From: Oligoflexales bacterium
GTDB taxonomy: Bacteria > Bdellovibrionota_B > Oligoflexia > Oligoflexales > Bog-1112
Length of the DNA: 64,000 nt
Direction of reading: 5' to 3'
Assembly (NCBI GenBank): GCA_045106415.1
Contig: JBGCEP010000028.1
Location: 32,001 to 96,000, forward strand
In this document: piece by piece, positions 40,864 through 50,185 of the stretch
How positions within the stretch are numbered: position 1 is the stretch's first letter
How the letters are laid out: every line of letters starts with the position of its first letter
Program-made: the position numbers and the translations under genes
Notes under the pieces: model-generated
What the model was told of the DNA's origin: nothing
What the model saw: only the letters and a program-made list of their open reading frames with translations
Databases searched by the model: none

Positions 40864-42222
40864 ATGCCAAAGAATGTACTTTGCACAGCAGTATTATTTT
40901 TTTCCATAATTCCAAATGCCTATAGTCTAGATTTTCGTAATTATTGTGACCAAGAACTCAGAAAATCTCTATCTCTTTCTCCACAACAAGATAAATCAGT
41001 GTCTCAAACAGTCATAGGAGTCCTCCAAGCAACACAGAGCATGACGTGTGACCAAGCTTGGGAAGCCTTACAAACAACAGACAACCTTTCGTTGAAATAC
41101 ATGGGAATTGAGGACATCAGCCCGTTAAGAGGTTACAAGGGGCTCAACCTAGATTTATCAAACAATAAGATTCATTCCTTATGGGGACTTGAACACCTCC
41201 CTCAACTTCAAAGACTTCTGCTACACGAGAATAAAATCCAAGATCTTTCTCCTTTAGCTCAACATAAGAATTTAAAAACAATCAACATCTCTGACAACCC
41301 TCTTGATATTGATGGTACCTACGTCCTCAAAGACCTTTTTTCTCTGCACACACTTTATGCTGAAAACACACCCTTCGCTCAAAACGCTGAAGAGGTTTTA
41401 AGTCTCGCGCACCATATTTTTAATAACCAGGTAAAGCTTGGAAACATTCAGGAAGAAAATATTATGGGGCAAAGCCATAAAGCAATGGAAGTGATATCGA
41501 TTGCTGATTACATCACCAATACATACCGCCCAGTCACTGTAGACGATATTAATCAAATCAACAATCTGATCTTGTCAGCCCAGAGCACCGAAGACATAGA
41601 AACACATGGTCAGGAACAGAGCTCGGAATCCTCTTCTAACGACGACACAGCTCTAAGCTTTTCTGATAAGTTTCTATATGTCATATTAGAAATACAGATG
41701 AACGAAGTTATCAAAGAACTCGCCGAAGAAGAACCTCAGAGCCCTTCTCGCTTTATTCTTTCTCTTCTTTCTGGAGCAGACAAGTGGGATTTCTCTCACC
41801 TTCGCGCTGAACTCAAATCAGCACCTTTTAGCGATCAAGACATTGATGTTATTTCAAAAAGCATTGTCAATAAAAAACGGCTCCGAAGTATCATGCACGC
41901 TGAAAAGTTTTACATCACACTCCGCCATGCGTGGGAACGTCGTATTCTAGATAGCACACTTCCTCAGGTACAAAAATCTATCATTTTAGACAAAATACAT
42001 GAGCGTTCGCAGCTCACAATAAGAGCTCTAGAGTATAAATTCGCCTCGAAGAGTACACCCCCTCTTGATGGAAACGCTTATATGGTGCTTGCACAAGAAA
42101 TCATTAAATCTTGCCCAAATATGATTACAACAGAACGTCTACTCAACCTTATCGATACCGCGCTTGCTCGGTTCTCTAATCACAACATTCCTTTATCAAT
42201 GCGTTCAGGAACTCAAATCTAG
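40864..42222 (+). CDS. Secreted leucine-rich repeat protein, paralog of 21361-22392
   Basis: Signal peptide, FRNYCD...TCDQAW cap, LDLSNNKIHSLWGLE. Confidence 0.85.
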   Translation: MPKNVLCTAVLFFSIIPNAYSLDFRNYCDQELRKSLSLSPQQDKSVSQTVIGVLQATQSMTCDQAWEALQTTDNLSLKYMGIEDISPLRGYKGLNLDLSNNKIHSLWGLEHLPQLQRLLLHENKIQDLSPLAQHKNLKTINISDNPLDIDGTYVLKDLFSLHTLYAENTPFAQNAEEVLSLAHHIFNNQVKLGNIQEENIMGQSHKAMEVISIADYITNTYRPVTVDDINQINNLILSAQSTEDIETHGQEQSSESSSNDDTALSFSDKFLYVILEIQMNEVIKELAEEEPQSPSRFILSLLSGADKWDFSHLRAELKSAPFSDQDIDVISKSIVNKKRLRSIMHAEKFYITLRHAWERRILDSTLPQVQKSIILDKIHERSQLTIRALEYKFASKSTPPLDGNAYMVLAQEIIKSCPNMITTERLLNLIDTALARFSNHNIPLSMRSGTQI

Positions 42223-42273
42223 AGCTCTAACCAACTGTTTTCAAAAGATACTGGAAATGTTTCTTAGGTTTTT

Positions 42274-42335
42274 TAAAACCTTTCCGATATAGAACTGCTC
42301 TCTACAGCAAGAGCTTCTATATCGGAAAGGTTTTA
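42274..42335. repeat. Perfect 21-bp inverted repeat covering the RBS of the carboxypeptidase gene
   Basis: TAAAACCTTTCCGATATAGAA (42274-42294) and TTCTATATCGGAAAGGTTTTA (42315-42335), 20-nt loop. Confidence 0.95.
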
Positions 42336-43282
42336 TGCGTTGGCAGCTTGGTATCATCATTGCTTTTCTCACCTTGATGCAAGGCAGCTACGGATTGTCG
42401 CAGAATTCTTCTGACCCGTATCGTCGCCCTCAAGAAATTATAAACACAATGGCAAACCTGGCACAACTCCACTCCAACGCTCAGCTTTTACAGATTGGTG
42501 AAACTCTGCACCAGGATCCCCTTTTCATCCTCAAAATTACACCACTCTCTCAAAAGGAAGATTCAAAAAGCTCTAAGGGAGTATTCATTATTGGTGGACA
42601 TCATGGAAACGAAGGACCTTCACCTGAGGTTGTTATTGATTTAGCTGTACAAATTCTAAGCACAGAATCGAACCCTGCATGGTTCAAAAGAACTCTCTAC
42701 ATCATGCCTATCGCTTCGCCGGTGGCTCTTTCTCGTAGAAGCCGACACACACACCAACACGACCTTAACCGTGACTATCCTTACCCTGGCAGACCTGATA
42801 CAAAACCTGCTTTTCAAACAGTAGAAAGCCAAGCGATTGACGCTTTTCTTAAAAAGACACACATCAGTCATGCGATCACTGTTCACTCTGGAATTAAGGC
42901 TGTTTTATACCCAAATGGTTTTCAAAAAAATGGCCTGAATGCTGACGACCAGAAATATTTTGAAGCAATCGCAAGAAAAAGCGCAGAAGCAATGAAGATA
43001 GATCGTTTTTTATCTATGTGGGACAGTTATCCTACATATGGTTCTTTTATTGATTACGCATATCACTCTCACGGTATTATCGCTCTGAATTTTGAAATTT
43101 CAGAAAAACACCACCCACTAGGAAGCGAACTTCATACGATAAGCGCACACTTTCAAAAAGGTATAGAAGCTTTTTTCGATTACGCTTTTTCAGGAACTCA
43201 AAAAGACGCTACAATAGCTGCATCGTCTCAAGAGGTTTCAAAACGATGGCAAAAATCTCCAAATTCTATCAAAGATCCTTAA
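42335..43282 (+). CDS. Secreted M14 zinc carboxypeptidase
   Basis: HGNE zinc motif, DLNRDYP, TVHSG, catalytic NFEI; signal peptide. Confidence 0.9.
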   Translation: MRWQLGIIIAFLTLMQGSYGLSQNSSDPYRRPQEIINTMANLAQLHSNAQLLQIGETLHQDPLFILKITPLSQKEDSKSSKGVFIIGGHHGNEGPSPEVVIDLAVQILSTESNPAWFKRTLYIMPIASPVALSRRSRHTHQHDLNRDYPYPGRPDTKPAFQTVESQAIDAFLKKTHISHAITVHSGIKAVLYPNGFQKNGLNADDQKYFEAIARKSAEAMKIDRFLSMWDSYPTYGSFIDYAYHSHGIIALNFEISEKHHPLGSELHTISAHFQKGIEAFFDYAFSGTQKDATIAASSQEVSKRWQKSPNSIKDP

Positions 43283-44472
43283 TTTTACTAATTCTTACGT
43301 CTTGCAAGTCAAAAACAGAAGATACCTCATGGCAAGATTGTCAAAATCGAGGTGGAACTTGGAGAATCAATGAATGCCTCTTCCAACTTTCTGAGCAGGA
43401 ATCATGTCTCAATCAAAAAAATGGATCTGAATGGAGAGAGAGCACATGCATCAGCACAGAAGAAAAAAAATGCCTTGAAAAAAATCATATATGGGATCGA
43501 TTTCAATGCTTACCACCAACTTTGACATCTTGCTCACTAAAAGGTGAAAACTGGATTTATGAGAATGAAACCTGTCGAGAAAAAGAGTTTTTAGACTATT
43601 GCCTGCATGACTCCAAACATTCTTTTCTAAGAATATTAAAAAAAACTCTAAAAACAGAAGATTGTGACTCTTTACTCACTCAATTCCAGCACTTAAAAAC
43701 TCTCAACCTTTCTCATGAAACATTCCAAGATCTAAAGCTCTTAAAAGAAGCGACTCAACTTCTTTCTCTTACATTAGATCACACTACATTTCCTCCACAG
43801 GATCTTTTAGCGCCACGACTTGAAGTTCTCATCGCAAGAAATATAAAAGCCATAAACCTAAAGTTTATTCAAAACCTTATCTCTTTACAATATTTGGATA
43901 TAAGCCACAACCAGATAACAGAGCTCTCTCAACTTCACTCTTTTCCTGAACTTGAAGTTCTCATAGCTACAGATAACCAAATCATAAAAATTAAGGACAC
44001 AGACATTCCTGCTTCCTTAAAAAGGTTAAACCTTAACCAAAATTCTTTACATGAAATTACTCTTTCTGATTTAAAAGCTATAGAACATTTAGAAGCTACA
44101 GGAAATCATATTTCTGCAGTTTCTCTCAAAAAAGCAGAGCATTTAAAAAAATTAATCATCGATGGGCAAAAAACAACGTCACAGCTCACCGAAATCAACT
44201 GGCTCAAAGAGCTCAACTCTTTAGAACATATATCTTTATCAGATCATGCTATTCAAGATATCACCTCCATTCAATTTCTGCCCCTATTGAAAGTCATTGA
44301 AATGGAAAGAAATCAGATCGATAACATCACACCTTTTCAGTCTTTAGAAAACATTAGAAGCATCTCTTTAAGCGGAAATCCGATTCACTTTTTACACCGC
44401 AGAACCCCTGACACATGTCCATTAAATGCTCTTTCACAGGTTGTTTCTAAATACTGCGAAACAGACCAGTAA
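43246..44472 (+). CDS. LRR lipoprotein with N-terminal Cys/Trp repeats
   Basis: LTSC lipobox; four C...W...C units; about ten LRRs; C-cap TCP...KYC. Confidence 0.85.
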   Translation: MAKISKFYQRSLILLILTSCKSKTEDTSWQDCQNRGGTWRINECLFQLSEQESCLNQKNGSEWRESTCISTEEKKCLEKNHIWDRFQCLPPTLTSCSLKGENWIYENETCREKEFLDYCLHDSKHSFLRILKKTLKTEDCDSLLTQFQHLKTLNLSHETFQDLKLLKEATQLLSLTLDHTTFPPQDLLAPRLEVLIARNIKAINLKFIQNLISLQYLDISHNQITELSQLHSFPELEVLIATDNQIIKIKDTDIPASLKRLNLNQNSLHEITLSDLKAIEHLEATGNHISAVSLKKAEHLKKLIIDGQKTTSQLTEINWLKELNSLEHISLSDHAIQDITSIQFLPLLKVIEMERNQIDNITPFQSLENIRSISLSGNPIHFLHRRTPDTCPLNALSQVVSKYCETDQ

Positions 44473-44474
44473 TC

Positions 44475-46529
44475 TTATAAGCTATGAACAAAGTCGATAA
44501 GATTTTGTCGCTCAGAAGCACTTAAGCTTTTAAATGCTTCCCGAGCACCTGACGCTTCACCACCATGCCATAAAATAGCTTCCATGACGTTCCTAGCTCT
44601 ACCATCATGAAGCAAAGACATGTCTTCTAAGCCAGACACTGTGCTCAATAACCCGACTCCCCATAATGCAGGTGTTCTCCACTCAGCTCCTGAGGCCACA
44701 CCCTCACTCAAACCATCAGCTAAGTCTTCTCCCATGTTATGGAGAAGAAGGTCTGTATAAGGATGAATTTCTTGTGATTGTAGTTCTTTCTGGCCGTGTG
44801 TGACACCTGTATGCATCGTTGGTCGATGACAATCTGCACAGCCTAATTTTGTAAAAAGAGATTTTCCTTCAGAAGATTCAGATCTTCTTTCTGGCACCCC
44901 TAAAGAACGAACATAAGTGCTCATCAGCTTTAAGTCTTCATCAGACATCTCCGGATCAGTTGAACACTTAGGGTTTGATTGAGGGCATGGAAAAACACTC
45001 GTTGTAACATCCATATCAAGTTGAAGCGCTTCTGCTGTTTGATGAAGAATAGATGCTTTACCTGCTTTCCAGCCAAAACGCCCAATTCTTTTACGACCTG
45101 TTACAGGATCGTTCACAACATTAATGCGTCCAGAAACTCCTGTACTACACTGTTGCCTTTGCACCTCTAATAAATAACTATCATCAATAGCTTCTAGTAG
45201 CCCCATACCAACCATTTGTCGGGCAACCCGAAAGGAAGGGTTTTTCAGCACCAAATCAGATCCTTCAGGTTTTTGAATTTTATATTTAGGTTTTCTCAGC
45301 ACAACAGTTGTCCCATCACCCAACTGTACAGAAACATCTTCAAACCCTGGAATAATTTCTCCTTCAGGATTACTGCCAGCACTATTAAGCTGTTTTCCTA
45401 TGGAATCATCTTCAGTTTTTACAACAATAGAAACCAAAGCATTTCTATCATTCACAGATAAGTTCCCGCGTCCATTTTTAACATGACACTCTGAGCAAGA
45501 CGAAGCATTCATTTGAGGGCCTGCGGACTGGCTGTATTGCGCAACTCTATCAGGTCGAAATGTTTTATCTCTTTCTGAGTGCTGGCCGGTTACAAAGTTT
45601 GTATGAAAAAGAGCTCGGCCTTCTACAAATTCTTGCACTGTTTCGCCTTGTAAATTCATAGATATTTGTGAATATGACATTTCTGGCTCTTTCAGTAACG
45701 AGCGAACCGTTGTTGCTCCTCCAGGGCTTCCAACAATACTATTTGATGTGACCAAAACACCTTTACCCACGACATATCTCTGCGTAGCTGCATAATAATT
45801 CGTATCACCAGCTCGAATCCCTCCGACATCTCCGGCTCGAATAGTTGCTTGATCTAAAAAAATTCCAAACTCAAACTCAACCACAGCACCATCTACGATG
45901 CGGTTATCCGTCACCTCATAAACATAAACTCCATTCTGAGGAGTCATCAAAACATTGACCTCGAAAATATTACCATCACCTGTATAGAAAACCCTTAAGT
46001 TAGGTAGAGGATCTCCTGCTTGTTGAGCAACCGGGTCATATATAAACCGAAGCTTTGCATCTCCCACTGTAGAAAAATCTTCGACCTCAAAACCAAAAGT
46101 CCTATGCTCCCAATAAAAATTAGGGAAAAAACCATATAAATCTTCATTTTCATGGCGTATACGTACCCGTCCACCACCCAAAGTCCGTAAAACTCCATCT
46201 GTATCTGGGTTGTTTTTATAAACACCATATTGCGATAAATCCAGAGCTTCTTCCGAGCAAATCTCTTCTTGCGAGCCAGCTGCTACATCACCATCAATAT
46301 CAACTGTTGAGGATGAGGGATCTTTTTGTGATTGCATTTGGCTTTCTTTTTCTTTTTCTTTTTTCAGGCGACCTGTCGCATCTCCATCTTCTTGTCCTCG
46401 AATATAGTCTGCTACAACAGGGTCAATCGACTGGCCTTGTTGAGTGCTCCGTGGCTGCGGTGTTGGGTTTGAGCAACTCGCTGCCAAAAAAACTACAAAC
46501 AAAACAAGATATTGCAAAAACGACCACAT
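44475..46529 (-). CDS. Di-heme oxidoreductase/putative peroxidase (DHOR family) lipoprotein
   Basis: AASC lipobox; CSECH and CADCH; GRFGWKA, YTDLLLHNMG, WRTPALWG, LHDGRAR. Confidence 0.9.
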   Translation of the reverse strand: MWSFLQYLVLFVVFLAASCSNPTPQPRSTQQGQSIDPVVADYIRGQEDGDATGRLKKEKEKESQMQSQKDPSSSTVDIDGDVAAGSQEEICSEEALDLSQYGVYKNNPDTDGVLRTLGGGRVRIRHENEDLYGFFPNFYWEHRTFGFEVEDFSTVGDAKLRFIYDPVAQQAGDPLPNLRVFYTGDGNIFEVNVLMTPQNGVYVYEVTDNRIVDGAVVEFEFGIFLDQATIRAGDVGGIRAGDTNYYAATQRYVVGKGVLVTSNSIVGSPGGATTVRSLLKEPEMSYSQISMNLQGETVQEFVEGRALFHTNFVTGQHSERDKTFRPDRVAQYSQSAGPQMNASSCSECHVKNGRGNLSVNDRNALVSIVVKTEDDSIGKQLNSAGSNPEGEIIPGFEDVSVQLGDGTTVVLRKPKYKIQKPEGSDLVLKNPSFRVARQMVGMGLLEAIDDSYLLEVQRQQCSTGVSGRINVVNDPVTGRKRIGRFGWKAGKASILHQTAEALQLDMDVTTSVFPCPQSNPKCSTDPEMSDEDLKLMSTYVRSLGVPERRSESSEGKSLFTKLGCADCHRPTMHTGVTHGQKELQSQEIHPYTDLLLHNMGEDLADGLSEGVASGAEWRTPALWGVGLLSTVSGLEDMSLLHDGRARNVMEAILWHGGEASGAREAFKSLSASERQNLIDFVHSL

Positions 46530-46560
46530 AAAGAGACTCCTCTGGATTTCTCAGGTGGTC

Positions 46561-46587
46561 TATCGGTCATTTTTTTCATCAGCATAA
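46561..46587 (-). promoter_or_regulatory. Sigma28 (FliA)-type promoter
   Basis: TTATG-N16-CCGATA, 31 nt upstream of the DHOR start. Confidence 0.5.
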
Positions 46588-46660
46588 GCTTAAAAAACTT
46601 ATACCTATCTTTTTTTTATTATTCATAAGTTATCGACGATCTATCTTATGGTTTTTCTAT

Positions 46661-47584
46661 TCAGTTTCTTTTAGGCTTTTTAAAACCTGGGTGAGTCCTT
46701 ATCAGGCGGAAATTTAAATCGTTTTCACTCACATTTTCAGAAATTTCCCCTTGAGATATCGGAGTCATATACGCGCGACAACCTTTCCTCATTTGAGTTC
46801 GAGTCCACTCAGGGCACTCAAAAATCCACACATTTTTTTCTGTACAAGAAAAAGACATATTCAGAAATTTATTCCAACTCGCGAGTTGGATCCATTCTTG
46901 GCAAGAGGGCAAGGAAAAACCAGAGAAAAAACCTTGCCTATCACATTCTTTATTCAACTTTTTAAGGAACACATTAATTTCAGAAAAGTTTATATTTTTC
47001 ATAAAACCTTTTCTATTTTCTAAAACATCACAACCTACCACAGCATTATACTGCTTCTCAGAAATAGGTTTTTTTAAAAAAGAAAATCCTTTTTGGTATT
47101 GGATAAATTCAAACTCAACACCAAAAATAAATAATTTACATACATCAAAAATTTGAGAGATATGTTTTTTTTCTACATGCCACTTTCTTAGTAAAAAAAG
47201 ATTTTCATGAAGATTTAACAAATGCAAGTCATCATAGAAAATTTTATTAAAAACATTAGGAATAAACGATTTAATATTTAAAGAAACTTCTCGAGGAAGA
47301 TCAAGAAAACCAGGCTGCGGTAAAATTCTTGTTTTATTCTCAATAGCGTTATGAATAGCAGCTAAGCTATCTAAGTGAACACTCAAATGTTCAAGAGAAA
47401 TACAGCCTAAGACTTGAATTTTTGGTTTTACAAAGAGCTCATGATATAAAACACTTTCTTCAAGACCATTAAATTTTTCTTCATGAAAGACAAACTCTGA
47501 CCCTTGAAAACAAGATGTCACAATCTCGTAACTATAAGCTATACTACAACAAAAAAACGCGCATAAAAATATATACTTTTTCAT
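46661..47584 (-). CDS. Exported protein with F-box-like motif and degenerate FGE-sulfatase (CLec) domain
   Basis: FLDLPREVSLNIKSFI; PISEKQYNAVVG, FLKKLN, FSLPSCQEW, LNFRLIRT. Confidence 0.5.
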   Translation of the reverse strand: MKKYIFLCAFFCCSIAYSYEIVTSCFQGSEFVFHEEKFNGLEESVLYHELFVKPKIQVLGCISLEHLSVHLDSLAAIHNAIENKTRILPQPGFLDLPREVSLNIKSFIPNVFNKIFYDDLHLLNLHENLFLLRKWHVEKKHISQIFDVCKLFIFGVEFEFIQYQKGFSFLKKPISEKQYNAVVGCDVLENRKGFMKNINFSEINVFLKKLNKECDRQGFFSGFSLPSCQEWIQLASWNKFLNMSFSCTEKNVWIFECPEWTRTQMRKGCRAYMTPISQGEISENVSENDLNFRLIRTHPGFKKPKRN

Positions 47585-47608
47585 ATTTATCTCAGAAATT
47601 TTTATTTA

Positions 47609-47644
47609 AGAAAGAGTCCCTATTCTCAAACAAGGACTCTTTCT
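47609..47644 (-). terminator. Stem-loop directly after the acyl-CoA dehydrogenase gene
   Basis: 11-bp inverted repeat AGAAAGAGTCC/GGACTCTTTCT; weak U-tract. Confidence 0.45.
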
Positions 47645-47646
47645 CT

Positions 47647-49524
47647 TTAATCTTCAGTGCCAGTAGGTTGAGGGTTTGGATAATTTTTATTATCCAAACG
47701 ATCTAATAAATCTTCAACAATTTCATCTGGTGTTTCTATAAGTGATTTTAAGTATTCTGCTCGTGGAAGAGATTTATAAAGAAATCTTTTTACAACCCAC
47801 GCATAGTTTGGATCATCTTCAAAATCACACACCAAAGATTGAGAAAGAGCATCTAAAGTTTTTAATTCACACAAATATTCTGCCGCTAAAAGCGCAGGAC
47901 GTAAATTTTCAAACTTCACTAAATCAGCACTAATTAATCGAATAACTTTAGATAGGTCTGCATCCTGACCGACCTTATCTTTAACGTTTCTCTTTACTAG
48001 TCGAAACAAAATGCTAACAATTGAGCTATGCAGCATTTGCTGAATTTTTATTGATTTTTTATGAGAGTCACTCTTTGCTGTTACAATTTTAATTCGTAGC
48101 GACAAGCCTTGTTCAATAAACGTTCTTGGGTTTCGAACCACCTCTTTTAATGTATCTTTAAGGCACATTAAGGCTTGAATCTGTGAGGTGCCTTCATAGA
48201 TTGGATAAACTAAACTTTCTCTCAACCAACGCTCAGCATCATATTCTTTTGTAAAACCATACCCCCCAAGCAACTGTAATGCTTGCCTTGATTGCCACAC
48301 GGCTCTTTCCGTTACCCAGTATTTTAATAGAGGAGTCCAAATTCTTAATTTTTTTTGATGTTTTCTAACAAGTTTTTCAACCTTAGATCTTTCTTCAAAA
48401 GAAAGGTCTCCTTTAAGTTTTTTTTCACCACTAACAACAATAGACCTTGAATGTGCAGTCTTATAGCCAAAACTTCTAGCAGCACGTATTTCAACATCCA
48501 TATCCATGAGCATCGATGCAACTAACTCATGCTGCGCTAAAGGCTTCCCCCAAGCTTGCCTTTGGCTCGTATATTCTGAAGCCATCTCATATGTTGCTTG
48601 CATAAGACCTAAGGCTTGAAAAGCAACACCAATACGAGAGTCATTCATCAGTTGAAGCATGTAATGAAAACCTTCATTAGGTTTTCCTATCAACCATCCA
48701 ACAGACTGGTTATAGACGAGTTCAGCTGTAGCTGAACCGTTCAAAGCCACTTTATGTTCAAGTTTTTCAATATGAATATTTTCTTTTGATTCTATAGTTC
48801 GTGGGCACAAATAAAGCGATAAATTTCCAAGCCCTTCAGCGCCTTTTGTTGTTTTTGCTAAAACAAGACTAATATCGGCAGTTCCATTTGTAATAAATCT
48901 TTTACATCCACTTAAAAGCCAAGTTCCATCTTCTTGTTCTTCTGCATATGTTTGAATAGAACCCAAATCACTTCCCGTGTTCGGTTCACTCAAAGCCATA
49001 TTGCCTGATATTTTTCCAGATGCGATTTGTGGTATAAAACGCTGAGAAAGTTCTTCGCTTCCAAATTTTTCAATAACATGTGCGATTGAGCTATACCAAG
49101 TACAATTTAAAGTTGTTGAGGGACAAGCTCTATTCAACATTTCTAAAGCTGCCATTTCAACTGTATAAGGAGCTCCTAGTCCACCATATTCTGGCGAAAC
49201 TCCAAAAGGAGCTAACCCAATATCTTTTAACAATTCTAGATTTTGTTTGAGCTCTTCTGGAAGAACAAGGGCTTGTTCTTTGAGGTAAACAGGATTTTCA
49301 TCAATCTTTCTCTGATTGTTTTGAAGCTCATGAGCACAAACTCTGCCAACTTCTTTGAGAGCTTCTTCCCATTGTTCAGCATACTCAACAGCCTGCTCAG
49401 CACCGATCGCATCTTTATCAGCATCTGATAAGAGGGCAAAAAATTCCTTGTCCTTCATAGCTAAACGAAGATGGTACATAAGGTTATCATTATCTTCAAA
49501 AAAGTTTTTTATCTGCATAAACAC
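47647..49524 (-). CDS. Acyl-CoA dehydrogenase
   Basis: MALSEPNTGSDL, KRFITNG, MNDSRIGV, QLLGGYGF, IYEGTSQIQ. Confidence 0.95.
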   Translation of the reverse strand: MFMQIKNFFEDNDNLMYHLRLAMKDKEFFALLSDADKDAIGAEQAVEYAEQWEEALKEVGRVCAHELQNNQRKIDENPVYLKEQALVLPEELKQNLELLKDIGLAPFGVSPEYGGLGAPYTVEMAALEMLNRACPSTTLNCTWYSSIAHVIEKFGSEELSQRFIPQIASGKISGNMALSEPNTGSDLGSIQTYAEEQEDGTWLLSGCKRFITNGTADISLVLAKTTKGAEGLGNLSLYLCPRTIESKENIHIEKLEHKVALNGSATAELVYNQSVGWLIGKPNEGFHYMLQLMNDSRIGVAFQALGLMQATYEMASEYTSQRQAWGKPLAQHELVASMLMDMDVEIRAARSFGYKTAHSRSIVVSGEKKLKGDLSFEERSKVEKLVRKHQKKLRIWTPLLKYWVTERAVWQSRQALQLLGGYGFTKEYDAERWLRESLVYPIYEGTSQIQALMCLKDTLKEVVRNPRTFIEQGLSLRIKIVTAKSDSHKKSIKIQQMLHSSIVSILFRLVKRNVKDKVGQDADLSKVIRLISADLVKFENLRPALLAAEYLCELKTLDALSQSLVCDFEDDPNYAWVVKRFLYKSLPRAEYLKSLIETPDEIVEDLLDRLDNKNYPNPQPTGTED

Positions 49525-49573
49525 TCCCTCAATGAAGCCTAAAGTATAATGATACTATGAGAAAGGAAACTCT

Positions 49574-50179
49574 ATGCGACTCATCATACCGACTTTAATT
49601 TTAAGCACATTTGCTTTCAACAACATACCAAGAGCAGTGGCTACTGACGAGCCTAATCTTCGCGAAATTTGTAGAAAACGCGTTGCTGGCCTCTACTTAA
49701 AAATTCATGATGAAGCAGAGTTAGCCGGACAAGTACTCAAACACAATAGAAAATCAATAAAAACACACCAACAAGCTTTGAAAAAGCTAGGGGAAGAGCT
49801 CCTAAAGACAAAAAGCTTAAACAAAAAAATGCCTTATGATTCAAAAAGGTTTCACTTTGAACACAGTCTTGAACAAAAAATAGACCTCCTCAAAGAAAAC
49901 CTCATTCATTATAAGACCTCTCAGAAAAAAATCATTGAGCAGCTAAAAAATCGAGCATTGAAAAAATCTTATTTAAAAAAGAAAATAAGCCAAATTTTTA
50001 TTTTTGAAAAAAGAGATAAAAATATTTTCGGATACCCTTTTCAAATCATGTGGAAATCATCTTGTCCAAAATGGCGCCTCTCTTGCCCATTAGACAGAAA
50101 AACCGCCCAGAAATTAATAAATATTTGGGCGGATGCTACTCAAAATTCATGTCACAAGTATTCAAATATGATTCATTGA
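49574..50179 (+). CDS. Hypothetical exported coiled-coil protein
   Basis: AAAGGA RBS, signal peptide, CPKWRLSCP motif. Confidence 0.7.
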   Translation: MRLIIPTLILSTFAFNNIPRAVATDEPNLREICRKRVAGLYLKIHDEAELAGQVLKHNRKSIKTHQQALKKLGEELLKTKSLNKKMPYDSKRFHFEHSLEQKIDLLKENLIHYKTSQKKIIEQLKNRALKKSYLKKKISQIFIFEKRDKNIFGYPFQIMWKSSCPKWRLSCPLDRKTAQKLINIWADATQNSCHKYSNMIH

Positions 50180-50185
50180 ATAACT

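Noticed and set aside
46661..47584. Diversity-generating retroelement target (CLec fold)
   Set aside because: No reverse transcriptase or template repeat seen in the window
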